A DNA stretch of 64,000 bases, taken from assembly GCA_964577975.1 (NCBI GenBank), contig CAZOBB010000068.1:2041-66040 (forward strand), given 5' to 3'. Numbering within the stretch: the stretch's first letter is position 1; every line of letters starts with the position of its first letter. The translations under genes were made by a program, and so were the position numbers. Shown piece by piece: positions 31,080 to 41,475 of this stretch. The notes beneath the pieces are model-generated. The model saw only the letters and a list, made by a program, of their open reading frames with translations, made no database searches and had not been told where the DNA came from. Source of the DNA: an uncultured Thermodesulfobacteriota bacterium (GTDB lineage: Bacteria > Desulfobacterota > S145-22).

Positions 31080-32157
31080 GGTGTGTGTCTCTCTTTCGGG
31101 ATTTTGGATAGGTTTGTTGGATCTTTTCAAAGATTTCTTCCGGCGTGGGGAGTGAGCCAGGAGGTTGACCGTAGAAATCGACGGGTTTTCCCAACGCACA
31201 GATCTTTACATCTTCCAGCATCTGGCCCGTATTCAGTTCCACGACGAGAAATGATTTTTTCTCCGCCATGGCTTTTAGTTGTGGTTCGGGAAAGGGGAAG
31301 AGGGTAATGGGGCGGAAAAGACCGACCTTGAGACCGGATTCCCTTGCCATCATGACGGATGTGCGGCAGATGCGCGCCGCGCTTCCGTAGGCCACCACCA
31401 CGAGATCGGCGTCGTCAGTCAAAAGGGCCTCATAGCGGACTTCTTCCCTTTTCATCCTTTCGTATTTTTCGTGGAGCTTCCAGTTGTGTCGTGTCAACTC
31501 TCCGTCTTTCAAATAGAGGGATTTGAGGATTCGTTGGGGGCGTCCCTTCGCCCCCGTAAGGGCCCATTCTTTGGGTGAGGGCTCCCTCCTTTTTGGGGGA
31601 GCCTTTTTCAAGGGTTCTTTCATTTGACCGATCATCGCGTCTCCGAGGATCATCACAGGATTTCTATACTTTTCCGCCAAATCGAAGGCAAGGATGGTAA
31701 GATCGTACAGTTCCTGTACAGAGTTGGGTGCCAAAACGAGGAGATGATAATCTCCGTGCCCTCCCCCTTTAACGGCCTGGAAATAGTCACCCTGGGAAGG
31801 GGCGATCCCTCCGAGTCCCGGCCCACTCCGCGACATATTGACGATGACGATGGGGATTTCGCTGCCCGCGATATACGAAAGGCCTTCCTGCATGAGGGAA
31901 ATACCGGGGCTAGAAGAGGAAGTCATGGCACGGACTCCCGTTGCCGCTGCGCCCATCAGCATGTTGATGGCGGCCACCTCGCTTTCCGCTTGGACGAATT
32001 CACCACCAATCCTTGGTAAGTGATAGGAAAGGTATTCCGGGATGTCGCTTTGAGGGGTGATGGGATATCCAAAATAGTAGAGACATCCCGCGTCAATCGC
32101 TCCCATGGCGACGGCTTCATTTCCCTTGACAAAAAGGCGTTCTTCGCTCATTTCCAC
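31072..32157 (-). CDS. 2-oxoacid:ferredoxin oxidoreductase, alpha subunit
   Basis: 361 aa; POR/KOR alpha N-terminal domain (FVKGNEAVAMGAIDAGCLYYFGYPITPQSDI). Confidence 0.85.
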   Translation of the reverse strand: MEMSEERLFVKGNEAVAMGAIDAGCLYYFGYPITPQSDIPEYLSYHLPRIGGEFVQAESEVAAINMLMGAAATGVRAMTSSSSPGISLMQEGLSYIAGSEIPIVIVNMSRSGPGLGGIAPSQGDYFQAVKGGGHGDYHLLVLAPNSVQELYDLTILAFDLAEKYRNPVMILGDAMIGQMKEPLKKAPPKRREPSPKEWALTGAKGRPQRILKSLYLKDGELTRHNWKLHEKYERMKREEVRYEALLTDDADLVVVAYGSAARICRTSVMMARESGLKVGLFRPITLFPFPEPQLKAMAEKKSFLVVELNTGQMLEDVKICALGKPVDFYGQPPGSLPTPEEIFEKIQQTYPKSRKRDTHHE

Positions 32158-32351
32158 ACCTCAATGGCCACCTCGGGGCATATTTTAGCGCAGAGGGCAC
32201 ATCCTTTACATGATCCGTTGTCTTCAAAGACGGCGTAAAAATATCCTGTTTCGTTGATCTTGTCGCCGATCTTGATCAGCTTTTCCGGACACAGGATGGT
32301 GCAGAGGGCACATCCTTTACACAAATTTTCGTCGATTTTTATCCTGGCCAA
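32148..32351 (-). CDS. 2-oxoacid:ferredoxin oxidoreductase, delta subunit (2x[4Fe-4S] ferredoxin)
   Basis: 67 aa; two CxxCxxCxxxCP motifs (CKGCALCTILCP and CKGCALCAKICP); overlaps the alpha start by 10 nt. Confidence 0.8.
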   Translation of the reverse strand: MARIKIDENLCKGCALCTILCPEKLIKIGDKINETGYFYAVFEDNGSCKGCALCAKICPEVAIEVWK

Positions 32352-32616
32352 TGTTTTTTGCTCCTTCAGATGGTCTAAACTTTCTACGTAAATTCCGTGC
32401 GATTGTCAAGAAGGCATTATTATTTGGATTTTTTGGATGTGATGGTTTGCCTTGCTAAAATCATAAAAATTGAGTAACTTAATTATCACTATAAAAGTAA
32501 CGCTTGTTTTTTGGTTATATTATATTCTGTAGTATATGGTATGTCTTAATTGTTTTCAGGTGTTTGGAATCCTAGCATCCGAAAGAGGGCGCAAAAGTCG
32601 AGTAAAAGGGGGTGGC

Positions 32617-35600
32617 ATGGGAGAGTATCAGGATTTGAAAAAAGAAATTCGCCGTCTTAAGAGAAAACTTGTCAGTTGTGAGAAAAGGTTGGAAAAAGTG
32701 AGACGTGAGGGGAAGGCCCTGCAATCGCTGATACGTAATTCGGCGCTTGGGATCGTGGTGATTGATAAGGATCATATAGTCCAATCGTGCAATCGTGTCT
32801 TTGAGAAGCTTTTTCAGTACAGGAAATCGGAGATTGTGGGGAAAAATTTGGATGAGGTTGTTGCAAAAGGAGAGGCGATTGCGGAGGCGAGAGGTTATAC
32901 GGATAGGACATTGAAGGGGAAATCGGTACGTGGATTGGGGATGCGCTTTCGAAAAGATGGAACATCCATGTTCGTGGAATTTTTCGCAGTTCCGGCGATT
33001 GTGGATGGTGAAGTTGTGGGGGCCTACGGCATCTACCAGGATGTTTCGGAAAGAGAGGAACTGGCATTGGCTTTAAAAGAGAGTGAAGAGCGATATCGAA
33101 AACTGGTGGATTTATCTCCCTTGGCGATCGGGGTTTTCGATCTGGAGGGAAGAATTTTGTTTGGGAATGATGCGGCGGCAAAAGTGTTTGGGATTGAAGA
33201 CGTACGGGCATTTTTAGGAAAGAAAATTTTTGATTTATTGGATCCCACTATTTTCGATTTGATCCGCCCGAGGTTCAACGGGTTTAGAAAGGGAATCTTG
33301 CAGCCCAAGGTTGAGAAGAAGATCAAGAGCATTGACGGGAGGATAAAGCATATCGAAGTTGTTTCGAGTCTTTTGAGTTATGATGGAAGGCCCGCTATTT
33401 TGGCTGTCTTTCAAGACATCACGGAACGGATATACCTCCGACGGGCTCTCCAGGAGAATGAAATGCGTTTGAAACGGGTGTTGGAGGTGTCTCCGTTGGG
33501 AATGGGATTGGTTAAAAATAGGATGATGCAGTGGCATAATCGGGCGATGTCGAGGATGCTTGGATATGAACCGGGTGAGTTGCGGGGAAAGGAGGCCCGA
33601 ATTATTTATCCAAACGAGAAAGAATATCGACGTTCGGGAAAGATGATGGCATCGTTGGGAAAAGACCGAAGAGTTGTAGAGTTTGATTCGACATGGGTTC
33701 GGAAAAATGGAGAGGTTTTTGATTGCCATCTTTGGTATTCGTTGCTGGATGAGGATGAATCGGGAACAACAGTGCTGGCGATTGCGGAGGATGCCACGAA
33801 GCGGAAGGAAATGGAGCGGCGGCTTAGGGAAAGTGAAGAAAGATATCGGCTCTTGGTCAATTTTTCTCCTCTCCCGATTTGTGTTTTTGATAGAGAATAC
33901 CGAATCTTTTTCGGCAACCCGGCGGCTGTTCGATTAATAGAGGCGGAATCGGAAGAGGACTATGTGGGGAAGTCCTTGATGGATTTTATGGCTCCGGAAT
34001 TTCGCCCCATTGCCCAAAAAAGGATTGCCAGCCTACTTCAGGGTGATCGAAATCTACCTCCCATTATCTTTAAGGCGCTTACCCTGAAAGGGAATGAAAA
34101 GTTTGTGGAAGTTTATTCTATTCCCGTCGTTTTTGACGAGAAACGCTCGGTAATGTCGATATTTTTGGATGTAACGGAGAAGATAAAGACGGAAGAGAGA
34201 TTAAAGAGGGAGGAAGAAAGATACAGAAAACTTTATGGGGAGGCGAAGCGTCAGGAGGGGTTGTATCGTTCTTTGTTGGACTCATCCGCCGATGCCATTG
34301 TAATCTATGATTTGAAAGGCAATGTGGAATTCATAAGCCCTTCTTTTACCAAAATCTTTGGATGGACGTTTGATGAACTAAAGGGGAATCGGATCCCCTT
34401 TGTTCCGGAATCGGAGGTAGTGAGTTCCTTGCAAACCATTCATACCCTTCTTGAAACGGGTCAGCCTGTTCATGGTTTTGAAACGCGTCGTTTGACAAAG
34501 GATGGCAGGATCTTGGATGTGAGTATCAGTGCGTCTTGTTACAACGACCATGAAGGGAAAAGGCGCGGGATGCTGGTGGTGCTTCGGGATGTGACGGAAA
34601 GGAAGCGAGTCGAGATGAGGGTTCGAGAATCTGAAAAAAGATTCCGTGATCTTTATGATTCTGTTTCTGATCTGATTTACACACAGGATCTTAAGGGCCG
34701 TTTTCTCTCAGCCAACCGTGCCCTTGTGGATATCCTTGGAGTGACGCCGGAGGAGTGTATCGGAAAACCAACCTCCGATTTTATGAAAGAGGGGATGAAG
34801 CCAAGGTTTGAAAAAGAGTATTTGGAAGGAATCAAGAAAGAGGGCCACCATGAGGGGGTTGGAGTATATTTCTCCAAGGATGGGCGTAAGGTCTATCTCG
34901 AGTACCGAAGCACTTTGGTAAAAACCAAGGACGGAGTTCCCTATATCAGTGGGATTGCGCGAGACGTGACGGATCGGATCCGTGCGGATCGCCGGATCAA
35001 AAGGCTGAGGGAAGAGATGTTACAGGCGCAGAAAATGGAGGCCATCGGTACCCTAGCGGGAGGAATTGCGCATGATTTCAATAACCTTCTCATGGGTATC
35101 CAGGGTAATGTGTCCCTTTTGAAGATGCAGGCAGATCCTCAGAGCGAGGAGTATAAGAGGTTGAAAAGTATTGAGGAGTATATTCGAAGCGGTTCGGATC
35201 TGACCATGCAACTGCTCGGTTTCGCACGAGGCGGGAGATACGAGATAAAAGCTACGAACCTGAATGCCTTGATCGATAAAGAAGTAGAACTTTTTGGACG
35301 GACAAAGAAGGAGATCGAGATTCACGTGAAGCTCCAGGAGGATTTGTGGGCGGTGGAGGTGGATCAAGGTCAAATGGGGCAGGTCTTCTTGAATCTATTC
35401 GTGAATGCCTGGCAGGCCATGCCCAAAGGGGGGAGTATATTTGTCCAAACGGAAAATCTGATGTTGGAAAAGGGGCTCGAGAGTTATCCTACTCTGAAAC
35501 CGGGGAGATATGTCAAGATTGTCGTCGCCGATACGGGGGTGGGAATGGACAAGAAGACCTTGGAGCGGATTTTCGAGCCTTTTTTTACGACGAAAGAGAA

Positions 35601-36165
35601 AGGAAGGGGAACGGGATTGGGACTGGCGTCGGTGTATGGGATCATCAAGAATCACGGAGGAGTTATCGGGGTCGAGAGTGAAATAGGGCAAGGGACAAGT
35701 TTTACGATTTATCTTCCCGCGACGGAAAAAGTTATTTTTCAGCGAAAAGAGGAGACGAGAGACGAGGTGGTTTCGGGGAAGGGGAAAATATTATTGGTCG
35801 ATGATGAAGAAAGGATTCTCGATGTGGGTAAGCAGTTGCTGGAGACCCTTGGCTATGATGTTATTGCAACAAAAAGCGGGGAAGAGGCCCTTCGGATCTT
35901 TAAGAAAGAGAAGGGAGCATTTGACCTGGTTGTCTTGGATATGATTATGCCGGGAATGGGAGGGGCGGAAGTTTTTGATGCATTGAGGCGCTTGGATCCC
36001 AACATAAAGGTTTTGCTAGCCAGTGGTTATAGCTTGAGTGGTCAAGCCTCGAAGATTATGGAGAAAGGTTGCAATGGTTTTATTCAGAAGCCTTTTTCAA
36101 TGGAAAGACTTTCGAAGAAGATTCAAGAAGTGATGAGAGGAAGAAAAGAGGAAAAAACGCCTTAG
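32617..36165 (+). CDS. Multi-PAS hybrid sensor histidine kinase with C-terminal receiver domain
   Basis: About 1180 aa; at least six PAS/PAC-like repeats separated by ...SEERYRKL... linkers; HisKA (IAHDFNNLLMGI); HATPase (DTGVGMD...GTGLGLASV); REC domain (ILLVDDEE...VLDMIMPGMGG). Confidence 0.8.
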   Translation: MGEYQDLKKEIRRLKRKLVSCEKRLEKVRREGKALQSLIRNSALGIVVIDKDHIVQSCNRVFEKLFQYRKSEIVGKNLDEVVAKGEAIAEARGYTDRTLKGKSVRGLGMRFRKDGTSMFVEFFAVPAIVDGEVVGAYGIYQDVSEREELALALKESEERYRKLVDLSPLAIGVFDLEGRILFGNDAAAKVFGIEDVRAFLGKKIFDLLDPTIFDLIRPRFNGFRKGILQPKVEKKIKSIDGRIKHIEVVSSLLSYDGRPAILAVFQDITERIYLRRALQENEMRLKRVLEVSPLGMGLVKNRMMQWHNRAMSRMLGYEPGELRGKEARIIYPNEKEYRRSGKMMASLGKDRRVVEFDSTWVRKNGEVFDCHLWYSLLDEDESGTTVLAIAEDATKRKEMERRLRESEERYRLLVNFSPLPICVFDREYRIFFGNPAAVRLIEAESEEDYVGKSLMDFMAPEFRPIAQKRIASLLQGDRNLPPIIFKALTLKGNEKFVEVYSIPVVFDEKRSVMSIFLDVTEKIKTEERLKREEERYRKLYGEAKRQEGLYRSLLDSSADAIVIYDLKGNVEFISPSFTKIFGWTFDELKGNRIPFVPESEVVSSLQTIHTLLETGQPVHGFETRRLTKDGRILDVSISASCYNDHEGKRRGMLVVLRDVTERKRVEMRVRESEKRFRDLYDSVSDLIYTQDLKGRFLSANRALVDILGVTPEECIGKPTSDFMKEGMKPRFEKEYLEGIKKEGHHEGVGVYFSKDGRKVYLEYRSTLVKTKDGVPYISGIARDVTDRIRADRRIKRLREEMLQAQKMEAIGTLAGGIAHDFNNLLMGIQGNVSLLKMQADPQSEEYKRLKSIEEYIRSGSDLTMQLLGFARGGRYEIKATNLNALIDKEVELFGRTKKEIEIHVKLQEDLWAVEVDQGQMGQVFLNLFVNAWQAMPKGGSIFVQTENLMLEKGLESYPTLKPGRYVKIVVADTGVGMDKKTLERIFEPFFTTKEKGRGTGLGLASVYGIIKNHGGVIGVESEIGQGTSFTIYLPATEKVIFQRKEETRDEVVSGKGKILLVDDEERILDVGKQLLETLGYDVIATKSGEEALRIFKKEKGAFDLVVLDMIMPGMGGAEVFDALRRLDPNIKVLLASGYSLSGQASKIMEKGCNGFIQKPFSMERLSKKIQEVMRGRKEEKTP

Positions 36166-37388
36166 GGGATAGCTCGCCGCGCAAGATTTTCCACAGCTTT
36201 CATCACTGTTTTGATGTCCTCTTCCGTGTTGAAATAGCCTATGCTTATACGAATGGTTCCCTCAGGAAACGTGCCCAATGCTTTATGGGCGAGGGGGGCG
36301 CAGTGAAGGCCTGTTCTAACAAGAATATCGTACTTTGTGTTAAGCAAGGCTCCGGCTTCTGAAGGGAGGGGGCCGTCTTCCGTCCAGGCGAGATTGATGG
36401 CGCCGCATCCCCCCAGGGTTTGCTCTTCCCCCCCCGGAAGGAGGCTGTCGAAGGTGAGGGATACCGTCGCGGTTTGTTTGGCCGGGTCCAAGGGACCATA
36501 AAGGGTGACTCCCGAAAGGTCTCGGAGTCCTTTAAGAAGTAGGGTCAAAAGCTTTTGTTCATGGATGAGGATGGAGTCTATTCCAGTCTTGAGAATAAAA
36601 TCGACTCCCGCCCCAAGCCCCGCGATGCCTACGTTGTTCTGGGTTCCGCTTTCAAAAGCATCGGGGAGGAATTCGGGTTGCTCCAGGCTTTCGGAGAGGC
36701 TTCCCGTTCCTCCTCGTTTCAAGGGGCGTAGGGAGAGACCCTCTCGGAAGTAAAAACCACCCGTTCCTTGAGGTCCCATGAGTCCTTTGTGTCCCGTGAA
36801 TGTCAAGAAATCTATGCCGTCCTTCACCACGTCTATGGGAAAGTGCCCTGCTGTTTGGGCCGTATCGACGAGAAGGGGGATGTCTCCGGCGATATTCCGG
36901 ATGCTCTTAAGATCCTGGATGGTTCCACATACGTTGGAAGCGTGGTTGACAACGAGAAGCCGCGTTTTCCTTGTGAGGGCTTTTTTTAGGGCGTCCAGAT
37001 CAAGGATGCCTTGGGAATCACAGGGGACAATGTCATAAGTTATGATTCCCTTGTTTTTTAAATAAGTCAGAGGCCGGAGAACGGCATTGTGTTCCATCGC
37101 CGTGGCAACAACGTGGTCACCCTCCTCGAGAAAGCCGAGAAGAACGGTGTTGATGGCTTCCGTGATGTTGAGGGTAAAGACGATGCGCGAGGGATCGGCG
37201 ATATGGAAGAGTTTTGCCAAGCTTTCACGTGTCGAGCGGACGATTTTCTCGGCTTCCTGAGCCAGCGCATGTCCGGATCTCCCTGGGTTTGCTCCCACGT
37301 TGGTCATGAAATGAATCATGGCTTCAATGACTTCTGGTGGCTTCGGGAATGAGGTGGCGGCGTTGTCCAAATAGACGAGTTTTTTCAT
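36162..37388 (-). CDS. Class-V aminotransferase-fold PLP enzyme (cysteine desulfurase / selenocysteine lyase-like)
   Basis: 408 aa; N-terminus VYLDNAATSFPKP typical of NifS/SufS/CsdA; PLP-lysine region FLTFTGHKGLMGPQGTGGF. Confidence 0.8.
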   Translation of the reverse strand: MKKLVYLDNAATSFPKPPEVIEAMIHFMTNVGANPGRSGHALAQEAEKIVRSTRESLAKLFHIADPSRIVFTLNITEAINTVLLGFLEEGDHVVATAMEHNAVLRPLTYLKNKGIITYDIVPCDSQGILDLDALKKALTRKTRLLVVNHASNVCGTIQDLKSIRNIAGDIPLLVDTAQTAGHFPIDVVKDGIDFLTFTGHKGLMGPQGTGGFYFREGLSLRPLKRGGTGSLSESLEQPEFLPDAFESGTQNNVGIAGLGAGVDFILKTGIDSILIHEQKLLTLLLKGLRDLSGVTLYGPLDPAKQTATVSLTFDSLLPGGEEQTLGGCGAINLAWTEDGPLPSEAGALLNTKYDILVRTGLHCAPLAHKALGTFPEGTIRISIGYFNTEEDIKTVMKAVENLARRAIP

Positions 37389-37534
37389 AGCGGCTCCTTC
37401 TTTTTTGTCACGCCGGAGATGATAAACTTTTATGAAATCCCTTTCCTTTTAACGCATCGTGGTGGAATTGTGAAGGGTGTATCATGGGGTGTCGATGATT
37501 GGTTGCTTTGGGAAAGGGACTATACTATGATGAA

Positions 37535-38638
37535 CCGATGGTGATCATGGGAACAGCTCGATTTGGTTTGATGCCTTGGGAAAAGGGAAGGCTCCTTCCA
37601 ACTATGTTGGCACCGTTTGGTTGGATGTATGGGTTCGGAATGGAGGTGAGAAACCTTTGCTATGAGGTAGGGGTATTTAAGACGCATCGGCTTCCTGTCC
37701 CCGTCGTATCGGTTGGAAACCTAACAGTGGGAGGAACGGGAAAGACCCCGCTGATCGTGGAAATTGCGGAAGAATTACGGCGAAGGCGTAGCTCTGTTCG
37801 GATTGGGATTCTTTCAAGGGGATACAAGGGGCGTCCCGGTTCCAAATGGGTAGTATCGGATGGGTTGAGAATTGAGATGTCGGTGGAAGAGGCGGGAGAT
37901 GAACCGGTGGTGTTGGCGAAACGTTTGCCCGGCGTCAAGGTCTTTGTGGGAAAAGATCGAGTCGCTGTGGCGAGAAAGGCCCTCACACGGTTCGATTTGG
38001 ACCTTTTAATCCTAGATGACGCCTTTCAACATAGGAGAATCCATCGGGACATGGATCTCCTTTTGATAGATGGGCAAAGGGGATTTGGAAACGGGCGTGT
38101 CCTGCCCGCCGGGCCCCTGAGGGAGTTTCCATGGAACCTGTCCCGGGCGAGCTGTGTGGTTGTCACGCATCGAAAGGAAGGGATTCCGACGAATCTGCGG
38201 TCCTGGGTTCCCGAAAAAACACCTATCTACCATGCCACGTTTGAGGTTACCAGGATTTTCGAGGGAGTTTCTGGGGGAGAGGTGCCGCTGGATGCTTTGC
38301 GCGGCAAGCGGTTGTTGGGGGTTTGTGGTATTGCTAACCCAGATTCTTTCAAGGAGACGTTGGAGGGATTGGGAGCGAAGATTCAAGATCTCGTGGTATT
38401 CCCTGATCATCATGCCTATGTCCCGCCGGATTTCTCGCCCATCCTCGAACGTTTGAAGGGGAAAGATGAGATTGTGACAACTGAAAAAGATTGGGTAAAA
38501 TGGCACATGAAACATCCGTTTAGGCGTGTTTTTGTTGTCGCCGGGGTGATGAGGATACATCGAGCGCATGAACTGTATGATTTTATGGAAAAGATCGTGT
38601 ATAATGCAAAGAAATGCTTGAAGGAGGATAAGGGCTAA
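37535..38638 (+). CDS. lpxK: Tetraacyldisaccharide 4'-kinase
   Basis: VPVVSVGNLTVGGTGKTP P-loop diagnostic of LpxK; the start is uncertain (ORF opens at 37499); C-terminus extends about 40 aa beyond typical LpxK. Confidence 0.8.
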   Translation, partial: PMVIMGTARFGLMPWEKGRLLPTMLAPFGWMYGFGMEVRNLCYEVGVFKTHRLPVPVVSVGNLTVGGTGKTPLIVEIAEELRRRRSSVRIGILSRGYKGRPGSKWVVSDGLRIEMSVEEAGDEPVVLAKRLPGVKVFVGKDRVAVARKALTRFDLDLLILDDAFQHRRIHRDMDLLLIDGQRGFGNGRVLPAGPLREFPWNLSRASCVVVTHRKEGIPTNLRSWVPEKTPIYHATFEVTRIFEGVSGGEVPLDALRGKRLLGVCGIANPDSFKETLEGLGAKIQDLVVFPDHHAYVPPDFSPILERLKGKDEIVTTEKDWVKWHMKHPFRRVFVVAGVMRIHRAHELYDFMEKIVYNAKKCLKEDKG

Positions 38639-40197
38639 TGAGGGAGCGCGTGTACATTTTCGATACGACCCTTCGCGATGGAGAACAATCGCCTGGGGCA
38701 ACCATGAATATACAGGAGAAGCTCAGGGTTGCCAAGCAGTTGGAGCGAATGGGAGTAGACGTCATCGAGGCGGGATTCCCCATTTCCTCGGAGGGAGACT
38801 TTGAATCGGTTCGAGCGATTGCGAAAGCCCTCGAGAAGAGCATCGTGGCGGGTCTGGCGCGGGCAAACAAGGAGGACATTGATCGGGCGTGGGATGCTGT
38901 TCGGGCGGCCAAGTATCCGAGGATCCACACCTTCATCGCAACCTCGGATATTCATTTGACGCATAAGCTGAAGATGACACGTGAAGAGGTTCTCCGGGAC
39001 ATAGCGGAAGCTGTCTCTTACGCCAGGAAGATGACGGACGACGTAGAGTTTTCTGCAGAGGATGCCACGCGTACGGAGCTGGGATTTCTTTGCGAGGTTG
39101 TGCGTGTGGCGCTGGAAGCTGGGGCGACGACCATCAACATTCCCGATACCGTTGGCTATACCGTTCCTACCGAGTACGCGCACATCTTGGATACGATTCG
39201 AAAAGAAGTGAAAGGAATTGAAAAAGCCGTGTTGAGCGTCCATTGTCATAACGACCTTGGACTTGCAACGGCAAACTCCGTCATGGCGATTCAGCACGGT
39301 GCCCGTCAAGTGGAATGCACCATCAACGGGATCGGAGAGCGTGCGGGAAACACGGCCATGGAAGAGGTGGTGATGGCCCTGAGAACGAGGGCGGATCTCT
39401 TCCCTTATGAGACAGGCATTGACACCAAAATGATCTATCCGACGAGCCGTCTGGTATCGCAGGTGACGGGGATGAAGGTTCAGCCTAACAAGGCCATTGT
39501 GGGAGCCAACGCCTTTGCCCATGAAGCGGGGATCCATCAGGATGGCGTGTTAAAGGAAAGGCTGACCTATGAGATCATGACGCCGGAATCGGTAGGAATT
39601 CCCAAAAGCTCCCTGGTGATGGGGAAACATTCCGGGCGGCATGCCTTTCGGGAGCGTCTGAAGTCACTGGGATTCGACTTGAATACGGAACAGATTCAAA
39701 AGGCCTTTGAGCTGTTTAAGGCCTTGGCGGACAAGAAAAAGGCCGTTTATGACGAAGATATTGTAGCCATCGTCATGCATGAGGTGTTACGGATTCCTTA
39801 TCGGTATCGTCTGAATTATCTTAACATCGTGAGCGGAACCTCCGCGATTCCCACTGCCGTTGTTACGATGGAAATTGACGGGGAACCGATCCGGGATGTG
39901 GATTTTGGGGATGGACCGGTAGATGCGGCCCTGAAGACCATCAAAAAGATGACGAAATCGAAGAGTAGGCTTTTGAGGTTTGCCGTCAACGCCATTACGG
40001 GGGGTACGGATGCCCAGGGAGAGGTAACGGTGCATGTGGAAGAGGAGGGGATCTCTGTCATGGGGCAGGGAGCTCACACCGATATCATTGTGGCGAGCGC
40101 GAAAGCCTATATCAACGCCTTGAATAAACTCGAATATCAAAAGGCAAAACGAAAAGAAAGATCGGGTTACGCAGGCGACGCGGAAAGGAATGTATAG
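38638..40197 (+). CDS. leuA: 2-isopropylmalate synthase (short form) or citramalate synthase
   Basis: TAATG overlap with lpxK; N-terminus RVYIFDTTLRDGEQSPGA; HMGL-like TIM barrel plus C-terminal LeuA dimerisation domain; 519 aa. Confidence 0.85.
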   Translation: MRERVYIFDTTLRDGEQSPGATMNIQEKLRVAKQLERMGVDVIEAGFPISSEGDFESVRAIAKALEKSIVAGLARANKEDIDRAWDAVRAAKYPRIHTFIATSDIHLTHKLKMTREEVLRDIAEAVSYARKMTDDVEFSAEDATRTELGFLCEVVRVALEAGATTINIPDTVGYTVPTEYAHILDTIRKEVKGIEKAVLSVHCHNDLGLATANSVMAIQHGARQVECTINGIGERAGNTAMEEVVMALRTRADLFPYETGIDTKMIYPTSRLVSQVTGMKVQPNKAIVGANAFAHEAGIHQDGVLKERLTYEIMTPESVGIPKSSLVMGKHSGRHAFRERLKSLGFDLNTEQIQKAFELFKALADKKKAVYDEDIVAIVMHEVLRIPYRYRLNYLNIVSGTSAIPTAVVTMEIDGEPIRDVDFGDGPVDAALKTIKKMTKSKSRLLRFAVNAITGGTDAQGEVTVHVEEEGISVMGQGAHTDIIVASAKAYINALNKLEYQKAKRKERSGYAGDAERNV

Positions 40198-41475
40198 ATG
40201 GGAAAGACACTTACCCAAAAGATTCTTGAAAGGCATTGCGGTACGGAAGGAATCGTCGCGGGACAAATTGTTCAGTGTTCGGTAGATGTGGCATTGGGGA
40301 ACGATGTCACGGCCCCCTTGGCCATCGAAGCGTTTGAAACGTTGGGGGTAGAAGAGGTTTTCGATAAGGAGAGAGTTGTCTTGGTGCCGGACCATTTCGT
40401 CCCCAACAAGGATATTGCGGCCGCAACCCAAGTGAAGGTCATGAGGGATTTCGCGCGGCGATATGGAATCGTCAACTATTTCGAAGTGGGGCAAATGGGG
40501 ATCGAGCATGCCCTCCTGCCTGAGAAGGGACTGGTAACAGCGGGGGATGTGGTTATCGGTGCGGACAGCCATACCTGCACCTATGGTGCCCTTGGCGCTT
40601 TTGCCACGGGGGTGGGAAGTACGGATTTGGCGGCCGTAATGGCGACAGGGCGATGTTGGTTCCGGGTTCCGGAAGCCATGAAATTCGTGTATCGCGGCAA
40701 GCTTCAGCCTTGGGTTTCGGGGAAGGATTTGATTTTATATACCATAGGGGATATTGGCGTGGACGGAGCGCTTTACCGCTCCATGGAGTTCGAGGGAGAG
40801 GTCATCCACCTTCTTTCCATGGATGGACGGTTTACGATGGCGAATATGGCGATTGAAGCAGGAGCCAAAAATGGGATCTTCCCTGTGGATGAGGTAACCT
40901 TGGCCTATCTCAAAGAGAGAGCCCAGCGGCCTCCCGTGGTGATGACCCCAGACGAAGACGCGGAATACGTGGAGGTTCGGGAATACGACGTGAGCCAAAT
41001 CGGACCGCAAATTGCCTTTCCTTCCCTGCCGGGGAATGTCCATCCCGTGGAAGAGGCGGAGGGTATTCCTATCGACCAGGTTGTGATCGGGTCGTGTACG
41101 AACGGACGTTTGTCTGACCTTCGGGAGGCGGCGGAAATATTGAGGGGAAAACGGGTGCATCCGGAGGTGCGACTTATCATTTTTCCGGCGACTCAACACA
41201 TCTATCTCAGGGCGTTGAGGGAAGGATTGCTGGAGACTTTTGTGGAGGCCGGGGCGGCGGTAAGCACGCCAACGTGCGGCCCCTGTTTGGGGGGTCATAT
41301 GGGGATTCTTGCGGAAGGCGAGCGGGCCCTTGCGACGACGAATCGGAATTTCCCGGGGCGAATGGGACATCCGAAGAGTGAAGTCTACCTTGCATCCCCC
41401 GCCGTAGCGGCAGCCAGTGCAGTAACGGGAAAAATCACGCATCCCTTGAAAGTGGCACGAAGGAGCAGAAAATGA
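40198..41475 (+). CDS. leuC: 3-isopropylmalate dehydratase large subunit (archaeal-type, about 425 aa)
   Basis: Aconitase-family Fe-S ligands ([31 protein letters not shown]); starts 1 nt after the leuA stop. Confidence 0.9.
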   Translation: MGKTLTQKILERHCGTEGIVAGQIVQCSVDVALGNDVTAPLAIEAFETLGVEEVFDKERVVLVPDHFVPNKDIAAATQVKVMRDFARRYGIVNYFEVGQMGIEHALLPEKGLVTAGDVVIGADSHTCTYGALGAFATGVGSTDLAAVMATGRCWFRVPEAMKFVYRGKLQPWVSGKDLILYTIGDIGVDGALYRSMEFEGEVIHLLSMDGRFTMANMAIEAGAKNGIFPVDEVTLAYLKERAQRPPVVMTPDEDAEYVEVREYDVSQIGPQIAFPSLPGNVHPVEEAEGIPIDQVVIGSCTNGRLSDLREAAEILRGKRVHPEVRLIIFPATQHIYLRALREGLLETFVEAGAAVSTPTCGPCLGGHMGILAEGERALATTNRNFPGRMGHPKSEVYLASPAVAAASAVTGKITHPLKVARRSRK

